Part shown: piece by piece, positions 63,101 through 64,000 of the stretch
How the letters are laid out: each line of letters opens with the position of its first letter
How positions within the stretch are numbered: position 1 is the first letter of the stretch
Source of the DNA: Geosiphon pyriformis uo1
Taxonomy: Eukaryota > Fungi > Glomeromycota
Direction: 5' to 3'
Length of the DNA stretch: 64,000 nucleotides
Assembly: GCA_016748015.1 (NCBI GenBank)
Contig: JAAOMT010000183.1
Location: forward strand, 760,787-824,786
The notes under the pieces: model-generated
Database searches by the model: none
Told to the model about the DNA's origin: nothing
The model's input: the letters and a program-made list of their open reading frames with translations, nothing else
Position numbers and translations under genes: made by a program

Positions 63101-64000
63101 GATTCTCATATTCTTCTTCAGGCAAAATGCAGGCTCCCATTGATGATAGTTTTTTGTAACAGTCCTTACATTTAAGGGGGATATAGGGGCGTTGTTTCCT
63201 TGGTTCGGGTTTTGAGTAAAGTATATTCCATCTAGAGGTTTCGGGTTTAGTGTGTGGGGTGAAATGTTCTTGTTCTGTTTTATCAGCCCAGTTGGACGTT
63301 GATCCAAGAGCTATGAATGTTTCAATTATTGGTTTTTCTTCTTCCGGTTCAAATTCAAAAGCTGGGGCTTTTTCAGAGTGTTTGTTGAATGTACCACAAA
63401 TGGCAGATACTTGGGTGTGTTGTTCTTGGTAGGAGATTGTTAACTCTTGTGTTTCCCAATTCAGATTAGCATTGGCTTCTTGAAGCCAATCATTTCTGAC
63501 GAGAGCTTGATACTGGGGTGCATCCATTACAAGAACTTTAACTGGAATGGTGATTCCATTAAGAGTGAATGGAAAATTGTCAATTTTTCTTACTGGGGTC
63601 TTTTTCATGTCATCGGCAGTGACGATTACTGTTTAAGCTGGTCAGTTGACATTTCTTTTCAACTGTTGCATTAACTGGTAAGTAATAATGCTTCCAGTGG
63701 ATCCACTGTCTAGGATCAAGTGAATTGGCTTTCCTTTTACTTCAGCTTCTGTGTACATTACAGTGATGGCTTTTTGCTCATTAGCCGCTGCATTGCTAAG
63801 CAAAAATGGTGATTCATTTGCTTCAAATTCAAAAGGAAAAATATCAGAGAGATTGGCGTTTTCAGCAATTTGGACTGGTAGAATAGTGGTGTGGTTATGA
63901 GAAGGGTTTTGTTGTTGTTGTGCTGCAGCTCTACCTTCTGAGAGTGTAGTATGGTGAAAATCCTGTTCTTCCACCATTGTTAAATAACTGGGTTGAGTGT
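60179..64000 (-). pseudogene. pol: Protease - Cys-rich region - dUTPase - RT - RNase H polyprotein of G
   Basis: LILDSGSTGSII; MPFGLCNAPATFQR and YLDD; RNase H ending NVDCLSRMRQD-stop; scattered stops and a frameshift at about 63060. Confidence 0.95.
62020..62450 (-). CDS. dut: Trimeric-type dUTPase domain within the G polyprotein
   Basis: All five motifs are recognisable: AGYDL, ASQSS (R>Q), GIIDAGYTG, KIAQA, QGFGSTG. Confidence 0.93.

Larger units (their letters stand above)
57358..64000 (-). mobile_element. Gypsy element G (young), 3' portion; gag and 5' LTR lie beyond the window
   Basis: 3' LTR 57358-57940, PPT GAGGAAGAGG, ORF3, integrase, RH, RT, dUTPase, protease. Confidence 0.96.

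Overview
Gene-free, very AT-rich eukaryotic window made entirely of nested, transition-eroded transposable elements. The protein style resembles Glomeromycota (Geosiphon/arbuscular-mycorrhizal type) repeats; this attribution is from memory and unverified. Contents: seven Ty3/Gypsy LTR retrotransposons, all on the minus strand (here called A-G; D at 16145-23888 is complete with paired 704-bp LTRs and an ATAT TSD; G from 57358 has the best-preserved ORFs but runs off the window), two solo LTRs, three LINE copies (one full-length, 31765-38517), two copies of an ORF1-only non-autonomous LINE derivative and one Tc1/mariner relic. No host gene, RNA gene or CRISPR array was found. The best candidate for an undescribed system is the Gypsy architecture. 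In four divergent copies RNase H stops at the same codon and integrase starts at its own start codon as a separate ORF. A conserved non-env ORF3 follows and reads through the PPT into the 3' LTR. Three copies also carry a dUTPase between protease and RT, and TSDs are 4 bp. Paired LTRs differ almost only by C>T/G>A changes (RIP-like or methylation-driven). All alignments and counts were done by eye.
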